Below are positions 32,796 to 45,417 of a DNA stretch of 64,000 nt, one piece after another. Position numbers and translations under genes: made by a program. Within the stretch, counting starts at the first letter, position 1. Each line of letters opens with the position of its first letter. The stretch spans positions 2,294,001 through 2,358,000 of the forward strand of contig NC_134035.1 of NCBI RefSeq assembly GCF_964204645.1, in the 5' to 3' direction. This DNA is from Tubulanus polymorphus. Its lineage: Eukaryota > Animalia > Nemertea. The notes under the pieces were generated by a model. That model made no database searches and was not told where the DNA came from. It saw only the letters and a program-made list of their open reading frames with translations.

Positions 32796-35700
32796 AAATA
32801 CACATGTTCTCATTAAAAGGCTTTTATCAATTAGCGATCACATTTGAAAATCATTCCGATCAACATTGTTCGAACTTATAATCCCACGAGAATACACACG
32901 TTTATATTCTATGATCAGTTCTTACATTGATTGCTGCAGTTTTCATCCAGATGTGAACGATGAGTTTGAATGTGCGAGTTAAATACAGGAATCAGTTTAC
33001 AAACAACAAACAGTTATCCAACTTTACAACCGCGGTTTGAAAATAAATCATATCTTATCAATCTCGCACGTAATGTAACATAAGTCTCTGTTTCAGTTCA
33101 AAGCGATCGCGTTTTATTATTATTCCGATGAACACGCGCATGTCCGATACACTATCAGATTATTATATCCCGATATTGCACTAGTTTATTCCTTACAGAT
33201 TTCTTAAGCGTCACAATCTTCAACGAAATCGAGCATTTATTCGGCGAGTATTCTGCGATAACAGTTTTGACTGATCGTTTCAGTTTTGTAAATCCAGATG
33301 TGAACGATCGATAAGTTGATGGTTCAGATGAACGCGTAATCCAAAAAATGAATCCCATATTCTTTAGTTGCAGCTGCTTTGAGTCTCGGGGCTCGTATTT
33401 AAAGTTTGACGGTGAACTGTAGCGATCCAGTCCCCCGCCCTGTGCTTTGAGCTAATATTCCGGAATCGCTACAACTGAACTGTAACCCTACTTAACTACT
33501 ACTGTAAGCTCGGCCCAACTTCGGTTATCTGGGCAACTATATAGTCGAACTAAGTGAAACCGAATACCGTCAGTTAGTCGGAATATTCCGGTTAGCGTAT
33601 TCGGTTATAGTTGCGACCACTAGTCGAATAGATACGAAATCTGGCCCTGTCCGTGTGTCGTATGACATATATTTCCAACTGATTCATGTACCGGGTACAC
33701 AATGTCACGTCCCGGTCACGGTCGTGGTTAAGTTAATCGTGCGCGACGCTGCGCATTGATCTAATCATGCGACTTGTAAACTTCTGAACTGAAAAATATG
33801 ATTTATAATTTGTTAATACATGTCAAATAAGTGAAACCTGCTAGATTGCGACAGAGCATAGATTAAAAAATCTTTGACCCATCAAATCAAAACATTAAAA
33901 TGTATATGAAAGTAGAAATAAAGGCAAATGTAAATCTAGTGTACGCGTTGTATGGCAGGAATATTGGGTCGTTTTCGATATTATTGAAACTGAATGGGGA
34001 CGGGTCTGGGCAATGAGTTTATTTTCCTATGAACCTACGTTTAGTTCGACCCTCCAGAAAGATGTTGAAAATCTGATGTTCAGATATGGCCCCCCGTCAG
34101 GTTTCATCACATATAATTATCAACTTATTTAGAAACGACTGGTTGATGTACAGCACAGATCCCGCCTGATACCTGTCAAACTGAAATCATACAGTCGTTT
34201 CTATCCAAGTTCAACACGTTTGAGACGAATTAATTACGTCGCCCAATTAACTAATCTGCTGGTAGTTTGAACAAGTAATCCATGAATGCAATTAAAGAAA
34301 TCATCTTTTTTGGGTTAATCATGTTCCTCTAAACCTCCATCTAGTGGATTTACGGCGAACTATAACCCAGTGAAAAAATTCATAGAAATCCTTGAGAACT
34401 GTTTTGGAAAAGAATTTACCTCGGGTCCAGGATGAAGCAAATCAAAGTTCGAGAAAATCCTCAGACCAGATGATTGACCCCTTCTGGCATCAAAATATGT
34501 TCGTTATAACCGATAGTTCATTATATCCAGTATGAAATTAATCAAATTGCTTTACTTGGGACAAAGTCCTATATTTGTTATATCCGATAAACCGTTGTAT
34601 CCGAGTTAGTTATAACGAGGTTCCACTGTAGTTTCCTTGTTAAACCCATATCCCTAACACGAAACAATCAGCATTTCTCCTCTGTCGCCCTCCTCAATTC
34701 AAAAATTGAAATCAAAAAGAAATTGTAAGTTATATAATAATGCTTTTTTTATTTCCTAAAATATGTCAACATCATAACAAGATCGCATTAGTATTTAAGC
34801 ATAGAATTTCTACCAAACCATTCTCTTCGGAGAGGTTGCAAAAAGCAACCGGTCATGTACAGAGAATAAACTTACTAACTCGTCATATAAATAAATGACT
34901 GGTAAAAAATTACGTAATGATAAAATTAGTTAATCTAATTACCTTAAGTCAATACGAATTCCTAACTAATTCTTAACTTCAGAATAAAGTAGCCTAATTT
35001 CAAGTGGACCTGCGCAGGCTGAGTACGAGCAGGGTAACTAACCAACTGGTTTTAGGTTGATTTAGGTTGATGGTACAGGAACGAACCGTTACCTCACTAT
35101 TAAGCCTAACCTAAGTATGATCCTAACCTTTCCGTTGTAAAACAAGTCGTTTAGGTAACTTGCCATCCCTGAACATATTGAAAACCCTGCGATTAACTGA
35201 TAGACATTTCTGACAATTTAAAATGAGCTGGGATAGAGGGAGTTAACACGACTGAGTGAGAATTACTGACCAGGGTGAAGTGTGGTTAAGTCAATACAGT
35301 CGAATGCGGTGAAGTCGTCGCTATTTTTGAGTCCAAATTAGTGTATTATCAATTCAGTTAACTAAAGCGTAAGTCATTTAATTGGATATGTCGTTAATGA
35401 AATGACATCATCAAAGCTAGGACAATTTCAGCGAGTTAAGACTTTCGTTCCCAGTGCTGGTAGTGGCTGTATCGACAGAGTGATCTACGTGTTGCTCTAC
35501 GACCGCTGTGCTGCATCAGACACTACTACGGTATTTGAAGTACATTCATAGATGGGTTCTCGGTGAAGTTAGACTGTGCGTATACATGTAATGTTACATT
35601 CATAGTTTGGTATATAAAAGAATTTTCAAAAAATTTCATTGTATTGTCATTGTATTTCAATACCGAACACCTAGCTATTTACAGCAAATTTCAGAGATGG

Positions 35701-36135
35701 TACGGTATAATTAAAATGTTATCAAATAAACTCTAATATCAGTATTTTGCGTATTCATCAGTTCACTCTGACTATGGTAGAGCTCCTCAAGAATGAATTG
35801 CGACTCAAAATTTAAATTTCAACCGCCAAATGATGACATTGCAACAACTTTTCGAATAATTATCTCGAAACCACTTTTTGGTTATCGGAGTTAGTCGACT
35901 ACTCGTGCGAACTAACCGAATTTCGGTTAGTCTGAACTAAAGTCCAGAAATGGTCGACCACCGGATGCAGCTTGTTCTAAGATGGCCGACGCTACGAAAC
36001 GCAATACGACTGAACTATAGCGCATTCGGTTATCAGTTCCGAACACTCGTCGACTAGCTACAAAAACCGATGTTCGCCCTAACCACTAAACAGAGTTACA
36101 CGTAACGATGACCGACCGGGAATTGTCCGGTTCCT

Positions 36136-37917
36136 TCACTGCCAGACCTTAACGGTACTATCGACGGCGCCGGAAAATAGTCGACCACGGGACACGGCGA
36201 GACACGCTACGCTACCCTGATGTCTAACCAACGTCTGCGTACAGATCAAATTATCCATGCTCCATACGCGTAACGACCGATCGTACGACGCGCTGACGAC
36301 TTTGGTTCCGGACGTCGTCTGCACGGCGGACAGCGCGTACACCGTTCCCGAATGTCCCATCAACGTCGTCACCTGCTGATACGAATCCTTCTCCCACACG
36401 TGTATAAGATTCTCGTACGTACCGCAGAGAATGTGGTGATTCGTGATGCACAACGAATAAACGCTGCCGCCCGACGTGTCCAACATCTTCACGCATTCGA
36501 ACGAATCGAGATTCCATATTTTGATCGTTTGATACGAGCCCGTGTAGAGGTAACTCTGCGACGTCGTCAGAACGCGAACCCAGTGATTCAAACCGGATAT
36601 TTCGCGCATCAGCTGATGCGTATGCACGTCCCAAACCTTGATTATTTTCAGAGACCCGCTGAACAGCATGTTCCTCGCGCAGCACAGCGTACAAACCGGG
36701 TTCTCATGCGCTTCGATCGTTTTTATTTTCTCGAACGTTTCGATATTCCACACGGCTATCGTCGTGTCCTGCGAACCGCTGTATAGTTTATTCCCGTACA
36801 CGGCCAGAGCGAGCACAATACCGTTGTGTCCTTCCATCGTTTTCAAACATTTATACGTCGTACTCAAGTCCCACGCCTTGATCGTCTTATCCGACGAGCC
36901 GCTAAACAAGAAGTCGCCGTGCACCGACAAACACCACACCGGGCCTTGGTGACCGACGAACGTTCCTTTGCACTTGAATATTTGCTGCGGATCGTAGGCG
37001 CCCATCGGAACGCCTAAATTCAACCGCGTATTAATATGCGCTAACTCGTCGGTAAATACGGCGTATTCTCGTCGACGTTCGACCACCTCGTTGAGCAACT
37101 GATTCTGATTATTTTCGAACAGGTCCATTTTTTCGGCGACGCCTTTCTCGAGTTCTTCGACGCGTTCGGACACTTTACCGAGCATCGAGCGCAAAAACGC
37201 GATTTCCTGCTCGCGTTGAGCTAACGTGAATTGTAGATCGGCGAGTTTATCGTCGGTACGCTGCAGAAACTCTTTCATCGCTTCGAATTTACAATCGGAC
37301 AAATGTTCGTGTAGAGTGTCGACCGTACCGGAAAACTCGCATCCGTATTTATGATGCGGACACTTGATATGATTGCACACGCTCAAATGCCGATCTAAAT
37401 CCTTTTTTAGGACGACCGAGCAGTTCGGATTGTTCGGACACCGCGTCGGCGCGTAACCGCACACCTCCTCGTGTTCCCTCCTCGACGCGAGTTTAATCGC
37501 TTTCGGACAACCTCCCGGATCGACCTCGAAACCGGTCTCGTCGGTTTTAGTCGCGCAGCCGTATTTACAACGAATCAACAGTTCGCCGATCTGTTCGGAA
37601 ACCGCCAGGTTCGTTACGACGACCTGGAGCTTGTTATGATCGACCGGACACGAACCGTCCGGACGCGAATCGACACATCGACGGCAGAACGTGTGTCCGC
37701 ACGACGTGATCACCGGATCGGTGAATACTTGATTGCATAAACGACAGTTCAGTTTGTCGTTCGGTTCTTCCAGGAAAACGATTATTTCGCGTTCGGCTTC
37801 CGGAGATGAGACGAACGACGAGCCGGCGGAGATATCGGATTCCGAGAGGTCGCGCGTTACCGACAATACCGGCGGTCCCAACGTAGCCACGATTCCTTGG
37901 TTCATTTTCTCAGCCAT
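36136..37917 (-). CDS. TRAF7: E3 ubiquitin-protein ligase TRAF7 (uninterrupted ORF, 593 aa)
   Basis: RING finger (CRLC...CGHTFCRRC...CPVD), TRAF-type zinc finger, coiled coil, the [23 protein letters not shown] signature, and seven WD40 repeats ending [11 protein letters not shown]. An acceptor (tttacAG, 37931-37930) lies 12 nt before the ATG and the frame is open, so a short upstream coding exon is possible. Confidence 0.96.
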   Translation of the reverse strand: MAEKMNQGIVATLGPPVLSVTRDLSESDISAGSSFVSSPEAEREIIVFLEEPNDKLNCRLCNQVFTDPVITSCGHTFCRRCVDSRPDGSCPVDHNKLQVVVTNLAVSEQIGELLIRCKYGCATKTDETGFEVDPGGCPKAIKLASRREHEEVCGYAPTRCPNNPNCSVVLKKDLDRHLSVCNHIKCPHHKYGCEFSGTVDTLHEHLSDCKFEAMKEFLQRTDDKLADLQFTLAQREQEIAFLRSMLGKVSERVEELEKGVAEKMDLFENNQNQLLNEVVERRREYAVFTDELAHINTRLNLGVPMGAYDPQQIFKCKGTFVGHQGPVWCLSVHGDFLFSGSSDKTIKAWDLSTTYKCLKTMEGHNGIVLALAVYGNKLYSGSQDTTIAVWNIETFEKIKTIEAHENPVCTLCCARNMLFSGSLKIIKVWDVHTHQLMREISGLNHWVRVLTTSQSYLYTGSYQTIKIWNLDSFECVKMLDTSGGSVYSLCITNHHILCGTYENLIHVWEKDSYQQVTTLMGHSGTVYALSAVQTTSGTKVVSASYDRSLRVWSMDNLICTQTLVRHQGSVACLAVSRGRLFSGAVDSTVKVWQ

Positions 37918-38611
37918 ATTATCAGTTTTCTGTAAACATCAGATTAGATTGCAGCTCTATATCATCGGATTACGTAGGCACTCTGTCATCATCGGAAGTA
38001 GTATTCATTTGTTTTCTTCCACAGAGCATTCAGCACTTTATCAGTTTAAGCATGATGTATTATGTCATTCAAAAATCCTGTACTTTGATCGGATGGACAT
38101 CGTTTATCACTTCAAGACATGCTAGACCAGGTATGGACTGAATCCAGTTGAATGAATTCTAAGAAAATCTATGACTATGACACTAAAAATAAGAAATTTG
38201 GAAATTTGAGCGTTAAAGTTCATACGTAAGCGTGTAAATCCGGGAAAAATCCAGCTTATGACTGTTAGGCCAGCATCTTAGCTACGCATCGAAGTGGTTT
38301 TCGCCCAACATACCCAAACAATATTGTGAAATAATCAGACCTTTATAAATGAGAGGTATTCCAATGCTATAAGAGGTACGTTTCAGCCTATTTTTGCAGG
38401 GAATCCCCCACCATGTTTGGTGCTCTCACTCCAGACAAAATAGTTCTAAGAAATCCTCGAGTTAATTATTAATCTGTCACTGAGACCCTAACATTTCATA
38501 AACATAACAGTTAACCATTACATTTCCTATTTGTATAACTATGATAACTTCTATGGGGGACGCCCTGTTGATTTAAGGTACTATTTCTTTTGGACGCGGA
38601 ATAACTTTATA

Positions 38612-38991
38612 CTCGCGTGCCAGAGTCTTAAACTGACATCAGAGACAGACTATTTACCGAAAATAAGTTTCCAAAACAACGACATCCGGTGGGTTATCCT
38701 CGCTTGCCAGGGGTCAAGTATCGGTCTGCCCCGAGCTCGCCTCCAACTCCAGGGAACAGCTTTAGCGTAGTGCGTTCTCGAATCCCTTGACGGGTGAAGA
38801 TCATATGGGCCCGCGGTCAGAAGAGTACTGACCGTCATTAGAATTCCCACTCGGTAAATAGTTTGTCCGGTTTGCCGGTTCAAAGACTCTGGCAATCGAG
38901 TAATCAATTAGTTCTCGTTTTTGCCGCCTTCGTTATACACAGCGGCAGCACTGGACGGTTGAGATTTGCCATTCCACTGATGGCACGCGAG
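38612..38991. mobile_element. MITE with TIR CTCGCGTGCCA flanked by TA
   Basis: TA|ctcgcgtgcca...tggcacgcgag|TA, with a second internal inverted pair (ctcgcttgccag ~38699 / ctggcaatcgag ~38889). The right part is homologous to 23700-23830. Confidence 0.7.
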
Positions 38992-39271
38992 TAAAATAAC
39001 CTCGCGAAACTATGGAGTGAGCCCACTTATTGAACCATAGAACTACGATTGAACTGAAGCTAGATTATTAGATGAAGAAAAGGATGTGAATAAGATCGTG
39101 AAAGGAGAGGAAATATGATCTAAAACGAAGAGCAGGGGAGCGATTTCCGTGGTTTACTGGTTAACCCAAAAAACTTAATTACCAAGTGACAAGTGACAGC
39201 TGGACTGGAAAGTTCATCCAATCAAGAAAATGAAAAGCTTTCTTCATCATAGTCACTGACTTGCAAAGTAA

Positions 39272-40231
39272 ATGAATTACAATTATGGTATCACGAATAA
39301 CCAGGTCGGTGCGGTCGGCATGAATCAAGGAAACGTATCATACGCCGGCGCTACGACGACCGCACAGAATCCGTCATCATCGACGAAACGAGCGAATTTC
39401 GCACACGATTCCACGCGACGCTGCGGAATCATCCAGATTCTGTGCGGATTCGTTATAATCGGCACAGCGATCGGTTTGATCGTCGAGAGAGGCTATCTAC
39501 ACGAGATCGGACACGGATTATGGATCGCTATTTTCTGTTTCATATCCGGCGGTTTCGGCGTGCAGTCGGCGAAAACGCGTAACAAATGTCCGATCGTCGC
39601 GTCGTTGGTCATATCGATATTCACGTGTTTGCTCGGTTTTATCTTGTTGTTTTTCGGCGCGCTCGGCGTCGGCCGCGAAGCCACGATATCGCATTGTCTA
39701 TTCGGCGTCGACGACGACGCCGAAAAAGACGATCTCGAGGCGTGCTACGAAAAGATGAAAGAAATAAAAGAAAACGACGAAATGGACAGTCTGCCGGAGA
39801 CGCGCGAGCAGCTGAACGCCATCATCGCGTTACACGCTATTAATATCGTAATCGGGATATTGTTGATGTTCGTGCCGTTGATTCAGTCTTGTCTCGCGTG
39901 TAAAGCCGTTTGTAGTTGCTGCGGAGATCCGCAAGCGCCGAAACCGGTCATCCAGTACTGGACAAATCCCCAAACCGGATTCGTCGAAACGAGAATCGTC
40001 CACAACAATGAGACATCGGTGCAGCAACAACAGATACAGCCATTCGGGTATCCGGTGCAAGCTGGGTATCCAGTACAAGCCGGTCCGGACTTGTCAGGGT
40101 ACGGAGGAATGTTTGGTCCACCTCAGAATTACGGAATACAACCGGTTTTTTACACGCAGCAGCAGCAGCAGGATCCGTACGGATCACCTCCACCTCCGTC
40201 CTACTTCGCAGCTACACAAGGGCCGATCTAA
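39272..40231 (+). CDS. MS4A/CD20-like protein, divergent copy 6 (319 aa)
   Basis: Shares FAH.S.R.CGIIQI.CGF, IG.G.W...CFI.GG.G, K..N.CPI, SIFTCL.GF, H.IN...GI.LM.VP..QSC..C.A.C with copies 1-5. Longer acidic two-Cys loop; tail ends PPPPSYF. Confidence 0.85.
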   Translation: MNYNYGITNNQVGAVGMNQGNVSYAGATTTAQNPSSSTKRANFAHDSTRRCGIIQILCGFVIIGTAIGLIVERGYLHEIGHGLWIAIFCFISGGFGVQSAKTRNKCPIVASLVISIFTCLLGFILLFFGALGVGREATISHCLFGVDDDAEKDDLEACYEKMKEIKENDEMDSLPETREQLNAIIALHAINIVIGILLMFVPLIQSCLACKAVCSCCGDPQAPKPVIQYWTNPQTGFVETRIVHNNETSVQQQQIQPFGYPVQAGYPVQAGPDLSGYGGMFGPPQNYGIQPVFYTQQQQQDPYGSPPPPSYFAATQGPI

Positions 40232-41632
40232 GACATACGACAACAGCAGCGATATCTAGAATTGAGTACTGCATCGAGTCTCAGACGCTTCGCAACAGAA
40301 CCTCGAACTGCGTCATCCGATATTAACAAACAATTCATCAGGTATAAAGAAACCTAGAATTTCGCCCCAAATATATTCCTTCAATTTCCCCGATTCTCAA
40401 CTGTGATACTTGAAATATTTACAGTCTTAACGCTGACAAGTTGTAAGGTGGAGGAGTCTACTGTATTTTCTTTCCGTCCTTGACAATTTATTATTCATTC
40501 CATGACTCGGGTTGACTCTGTATTAACATTGTGATCGCTGTTGAATATTTAATAACCTCTATGATGTCTACGGGACAATTCACAAAGTAGGTCTTATGGG
40601 CATAGGGTAATATGTTGATAAAAATCCACGCTCAAAAGCCCAGATGACCAATAAAATGTTATGCAGATTTGTAGTTTATTTTTTATTGATTTATGTATTA
40701 ATGCATGTTTTTAATGTCGATTGTTCTTTTTAAAGATAATATTTAAACTGTTGAAGCTTATTGACTAGGCTTATATTTCAAACTAGTAATAAAGTTGTTA
40801 CAAACTTTATCTTTTCGCTTGGTTGAGTTAGTTAGTTGTTTTTTACTTTCAATCGCATTTGTTCCGACGAACTGACAACGCATTTGGATTTTAGTTTTTT
40901 AGTAAAATATTTCAACTGCCTACCGCTAAAATGGCATCTTTGTGCTCAGAGCTTCCGTAGATCATCAGGTAACAGGGGGACAGCATGACGTCACTGGTGG
41001 GAGATAAGAAGGTTAAAATGTCAGAAATAACCGCGATAAATTCAAAGATCTTTAAAAAAACAAGCAAATGATCGATCATCCAGTAAAAAAATTCATGAGA
41101 TTCGTATCATTCTAATTAAAAACAACTATTATTATTCTCAAAATATAAGCAACAACAAATAGGCTACAAATATCGTACGCATAAAACAGTAAACCTTGCC
41201 TTATCTCGTGACAAACCGTACGGTATTTAGAAAATGTTATTTACTGAAAAACAAAGTATGGAGTAAACCCCATCTAACTCGGGACAAAATTACCGCCAAA
41301 ATCAGTCAGAGGTAAGAGAAGTCCGAGTTAATTAAAGAAAGTAAAGTACGTTCAGAAGAAGTCACAAAAATAATTTTGCTTTCGTCCAAGTTAGTCATAA
41401 GTTGGCCATATCTGGGTAAGTTAACTGTATCAACTCTGATTAATAAATAGTCGATAAATAATCCACATGCTGATATTACGTACTGGTTAAAAGGAAGGTT
41501 ATTGTATCCAAGCAGCCGACGAAATCCTGCAGACGTAAACTAATAGATTTCGCGTGGTCATTTATAATGCAAGTCCTATAAACCACAATCCAGCGACACT
41601 ACAGAATTCTTCATAACGATAGCGATGATATT

Positions 41633-43325
41633 CTAGAGCGAAGGCAGGTTCGGCTGTACGAGTCTTTCTTCTCCGGTTGAGTTTGAAACGTGCTCTTTTA
41701 ATAAGTCCATAATTTCGCTCTGATATTTCTCCGGTGTCGGTTTCACCCCTGAAATGTAGAGACGGCGCAAATTGAATCGGGTTCAACTTATCGCAATATA
41801 TCCCCTTCTCATGGTACAGTACTTGACGTTTGAGGAATCAATTGATATTCGAATTGAATCAAAAACGATTTTCTGTTGAACCTCTTCATTTTTTTTCATG
41901 AACAAAACCATGCATATATTGGGACTTTTACCGTTGATTTAAATATTTGGTTCCAAAATTTACGAGTAAGGCTAAACAAAAATGATACCTTGTTTCTCCA
42001 CAGCGGCCGGGTCATTTTTGTAAAATATGATAAAATCTGTAAACAGTTCATTTCTATGGCGGCCGGGTCTGTTATGGTGAAATTGATCGCGATTTAAAAG
42101 AATGTAATGTATAGGGTAGATAGGCGGCCGGCGGAGTCAACTTTAAAGCTCAGCAAAGCGGAGAAACAAGGTATCAATTTTTTTCAGCCTAATGTGCAGT
42201 TTACTGAATACGATCAATTTCACTGGTTATCATGAAATGGATTGAACAGTTTTACTATAACAAATAAATACCTGTCGCCCAATAGTAAATTTCCCAGTCG
42301 TTGCTCGGTTTGTTGATCAAGTCGTCGTAAATATCCAGTTGTCCCTCGTTGAAGGTGTCTAAATATTTATGCGCAAATGTACTGAAAACACCAAATGCAC
42401 CCATTAAATAAGACTTACTGAATTCATAGCACAGTAATGTATTATATAAAAGACACAATTAATGAAAATTTAACAAAAATTTGGCCCGGTTTTATAGACT
42501 GGTATTAACTTTACTGGCGGCTTGAACTCTTCATTCAATTTCAAGCGAGATAGCCCCAGGATTTAAGTTAATACTAGTCTACAGAATCAGACCCCGATGT
42601 TTCAGATGGAATATTTCTACATGAATTGCTGAAGATGAATAGTATGGATCGAGAGTCGAAACTCGATATGTTTGAGCGGAGATAAAACCTACCTGAGAAT
42701 TAAACCGTTTTCCGTCATTCCGCGTTTGCGGCTCTGATACAGCACTCTCGCTTTCTTCACTTTGAAACTTTCGCCCGTGCGAGGAATATATTCCGGATAA
42801 ATCGGTTCCTCGTATTCCACGTGGATGACTTTCGGCGGTTCGGAGTTCGCCTCGGTCGTAGACGACGAGGGTGGACCGGTCGATTTAGACGAGGCGGTTA
42901 GTCGACTGATTACTGTCACCGGTCTCATGCCGCACCATACTGCACGCTGAAATCAAACAGAGTCATCGCTCAGAATCTTGGACCGTTCCCAAAAAGGGGT
43001 CTGGTTTTGAACAGCCTTTTTTGTTTGTACCTTGTCACTCTTTTTTTAATTAAGGGTTCAAGTTAATGAAAATCAGCAAGATTTGTCTGTTTGCTTTGTT
43101 TAATTCAGATCTTGATTTGCCAAGACTAACCCTATATGATTGTTCATTTCTCATTTAAACCTCTCAATAAAACTTAATTTGACTTGACTTAGGCCTGTTA
43201 CGTAAATATTCGAATTTCAGTCCATTTTTCAGGGGTATCCTGTTTCGGTTCGACTGGAATAAAAGAGGCGTTTGATCTAACGAAGTGAGAGCTATTTCAA
43301 ATAAATTACTAACCGTAGTAAACAT
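41633..43325 (-). CDS. SDHAF2: Succinate dehydrogenase assembly factor 2, mitochondrial (4 exons)
   Basis: Exons 43325-43314, 42946-42693, 42381-42272 and 41748-41633, all GT-AG and phase-compatible. The spliced product contains KKARVLYQSRKRGMTENGLILSTFA...YDDLINKPSNDWEIYYWATG..PTPE, the Sdh5/SDHAF2 signature. The 12-nt first exon is the least certain. Confidence 0.92.
41970..42189. mobile_element. PIF/Harbinger-type MITE, copy B, in SDHAF2 intron 3
   Basis: TAA|ggctaaac...tttcagcc|TAA; nearly identical to 7735-7954. Confidence 0.85.
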
Positions 43326-45148
43326 CCTGAAATTATCAACACTTTAGAAATAGATAGACAGTTTTTGGGCGATTACGCAATGTCAATGTGGAGCATCCAG
43401 ATGGCGCCACCGCACGGTCACTTCCTAATTGTACATAATTATGTACCCTGCTTGAAATGTACATTTACATTTGTAGCTTTGTTGTCATGTAGATTTCTTG
43501 TTCCAATCACCCGAATTGATTTTGGTCTGTTTATAATAATGACTAAAAGAGAATTCCAAATTGAAGCCTTAATTACTAAGAAACATGCAAAAATCCTGGC
43601 ATCTACTGGACTGGTCACTCACAACTTTTTACAAACAACTCTACAACCATGTTATCCTACTATTGGGTCACTGTCCTCATTAGTGCTCGTGCATTCACCG
43701 AAGAATTCTCATTCACAGGTTTTAGTCCAAAAGTGGTCTCATGTCGCAAATCTCGAGTTATTGGAACTGGTCTTCATCTTAAGTCTTTGCGCCCTGTCTA
43801 TGGACCTGACCCCCCTGGATTGCTATAGCTCACTATAGTATTGATCCTCTGGAAACAGCAGCTAGATAAAAGACCAAAACGATTTTAAGCGCAAAATATT
43901 GAAGTCAAGAAATAATTATCATGAAATCTACTTTTAATATACATCTTGTTTGTTTTTTTAAGTCATCCATAAAAACATACGCATACAAATCAACAAGTTA
44001 TTCATCATCATCATCACTTGAACGTTCTCGCACACGTACCGGTACGTTCACACACTCACATACCGGTACATACATACATACAGACATACAATATTATACA
44101 CAGTAGATTCTTCTTTTGTTTATTTATAATATAATATAATTATATAAATAGATTGAATACAACACGTTTCGTACGCGATCTTGAAAATAATCTTCGCTCG
44201 TAATCCGGATGAATCGCTCGAAAGCCGCATTCATCCGACGAGGGAAAAACCCAGCAGACGCACCGTGAAATCAGGGGCGGATTTAGGGACTTATCGGTTC
44301 CTTAAAGGGCACTTCGACGTCCAAAAAGGCAGTATCAATCGTACTCCTGCACTAAAATGCACCAATTTATATCTTTGTCGACAAAATTTGTCACTCAAAA
44401 AATTTGATAGATTTGCACCTCTTGATCCGCCCCTAAAAACAGCACGAATGAACGCGTTGAACAGTAAACCTTGCTTTACTTTGAACCAAATTCTGAGCGA
44501 TAAATTTCGACCGCCTGATTCGTCCTAGAGAGTATTTAAAACCCGGAAAGAGTTTTAACCAGAGTTTAAATACATATTGCACATGAAACTCGGCATAACT
44601 CATTTATTTTTCATGAGACAACAAGAATTATGTTGCTCTTTCACATCATACTACTAGCTGGTACTTTTTTTACAGAGATTCTCAACTGTTTTTACACGAT
44701 ATTAACACAGCAGTAAACTCCTTCCTATTATACCATTATCTTTTCATTGACCATTACGGATCAATTAAGATGATTTTGATATCTAAACGCTTCGAAATCA
44801 AAGATAAGAATCACCGATCAAACTCGAACACAAATCTAAGAACCATTGCTATAGAATATTGATTAATTTTCATGGTTGAACTCGAAACAAAAACTGCTGG
44901 TCCCAATTTGTTTGGGTAAGGAGTCTACCATACATCCTATCTTATATTGCCATGATAAATGTGCCAATTGCGAGTACAGTAAAAATCCTTTTAATGCCAC
45001 TTTGGAACCAATGAAAAACATGTCAAATTTGGCGTTACGAAGAATTGTATTTTAATGAATTTGAGTGAGATTGGGCAGATTTGTTCACTGAATAATGTTG
45101 GCGTCAAGTAACAGCGGCATTAAAAAGGATAGACTTTAGAGGATTGTC

Positions 45149-45417
45149 AAAAGTATGAACGATGCCATCAAAAAAATTCCGATTGCTTGTCCTTAGATAA
45201 CTTTATGTAAATGATAGGTTGAAATTTGGTAAAATTTTCGCGCGCATACGTTATGAATATCCCCCTAGGTTTCACATATACAGAAAAGTATGAACAATGC
45301 CATCAAAAAATTGCCATTGCTTGTCCTTAGATAACTTTATGTAAATGATAGGTTGAAATTCGGCAAAATTTTCGCGCGCATACGTTACGCACATTCCCTA
45401 GGTTTCACGTATACAGA
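45149..45417 (+). repeat. Tandem direct duplication, ~135 bp x2
   Basis: aaaagtatgaac.atgccatcaaaaaa...ttcac.tatacaga starts at both 45149 and 45284. Confidence 0.9.

Larger units (their letters stand above)
30450..33820. mobile_element. ~3.3-kb foldback-like inverted duplication centred at 31868/31869
   Basis: Mirror blocks: 31150-31310 vs 32380-32550; 30990-31055 vs 32808-32873; 30836-30870 vs 32928-32965; 30475-30590 vs 33685-33815. The centre is the perfect palindrome gaagtggccacttc with no spacer. Confidence 0.8.

Noticed and set aside
43365-43838. 157-aa ORF divergent from SDHAF2
   Set aside because: Non-ATG start, no homology cues, and it lacks the codon style of real genes here.
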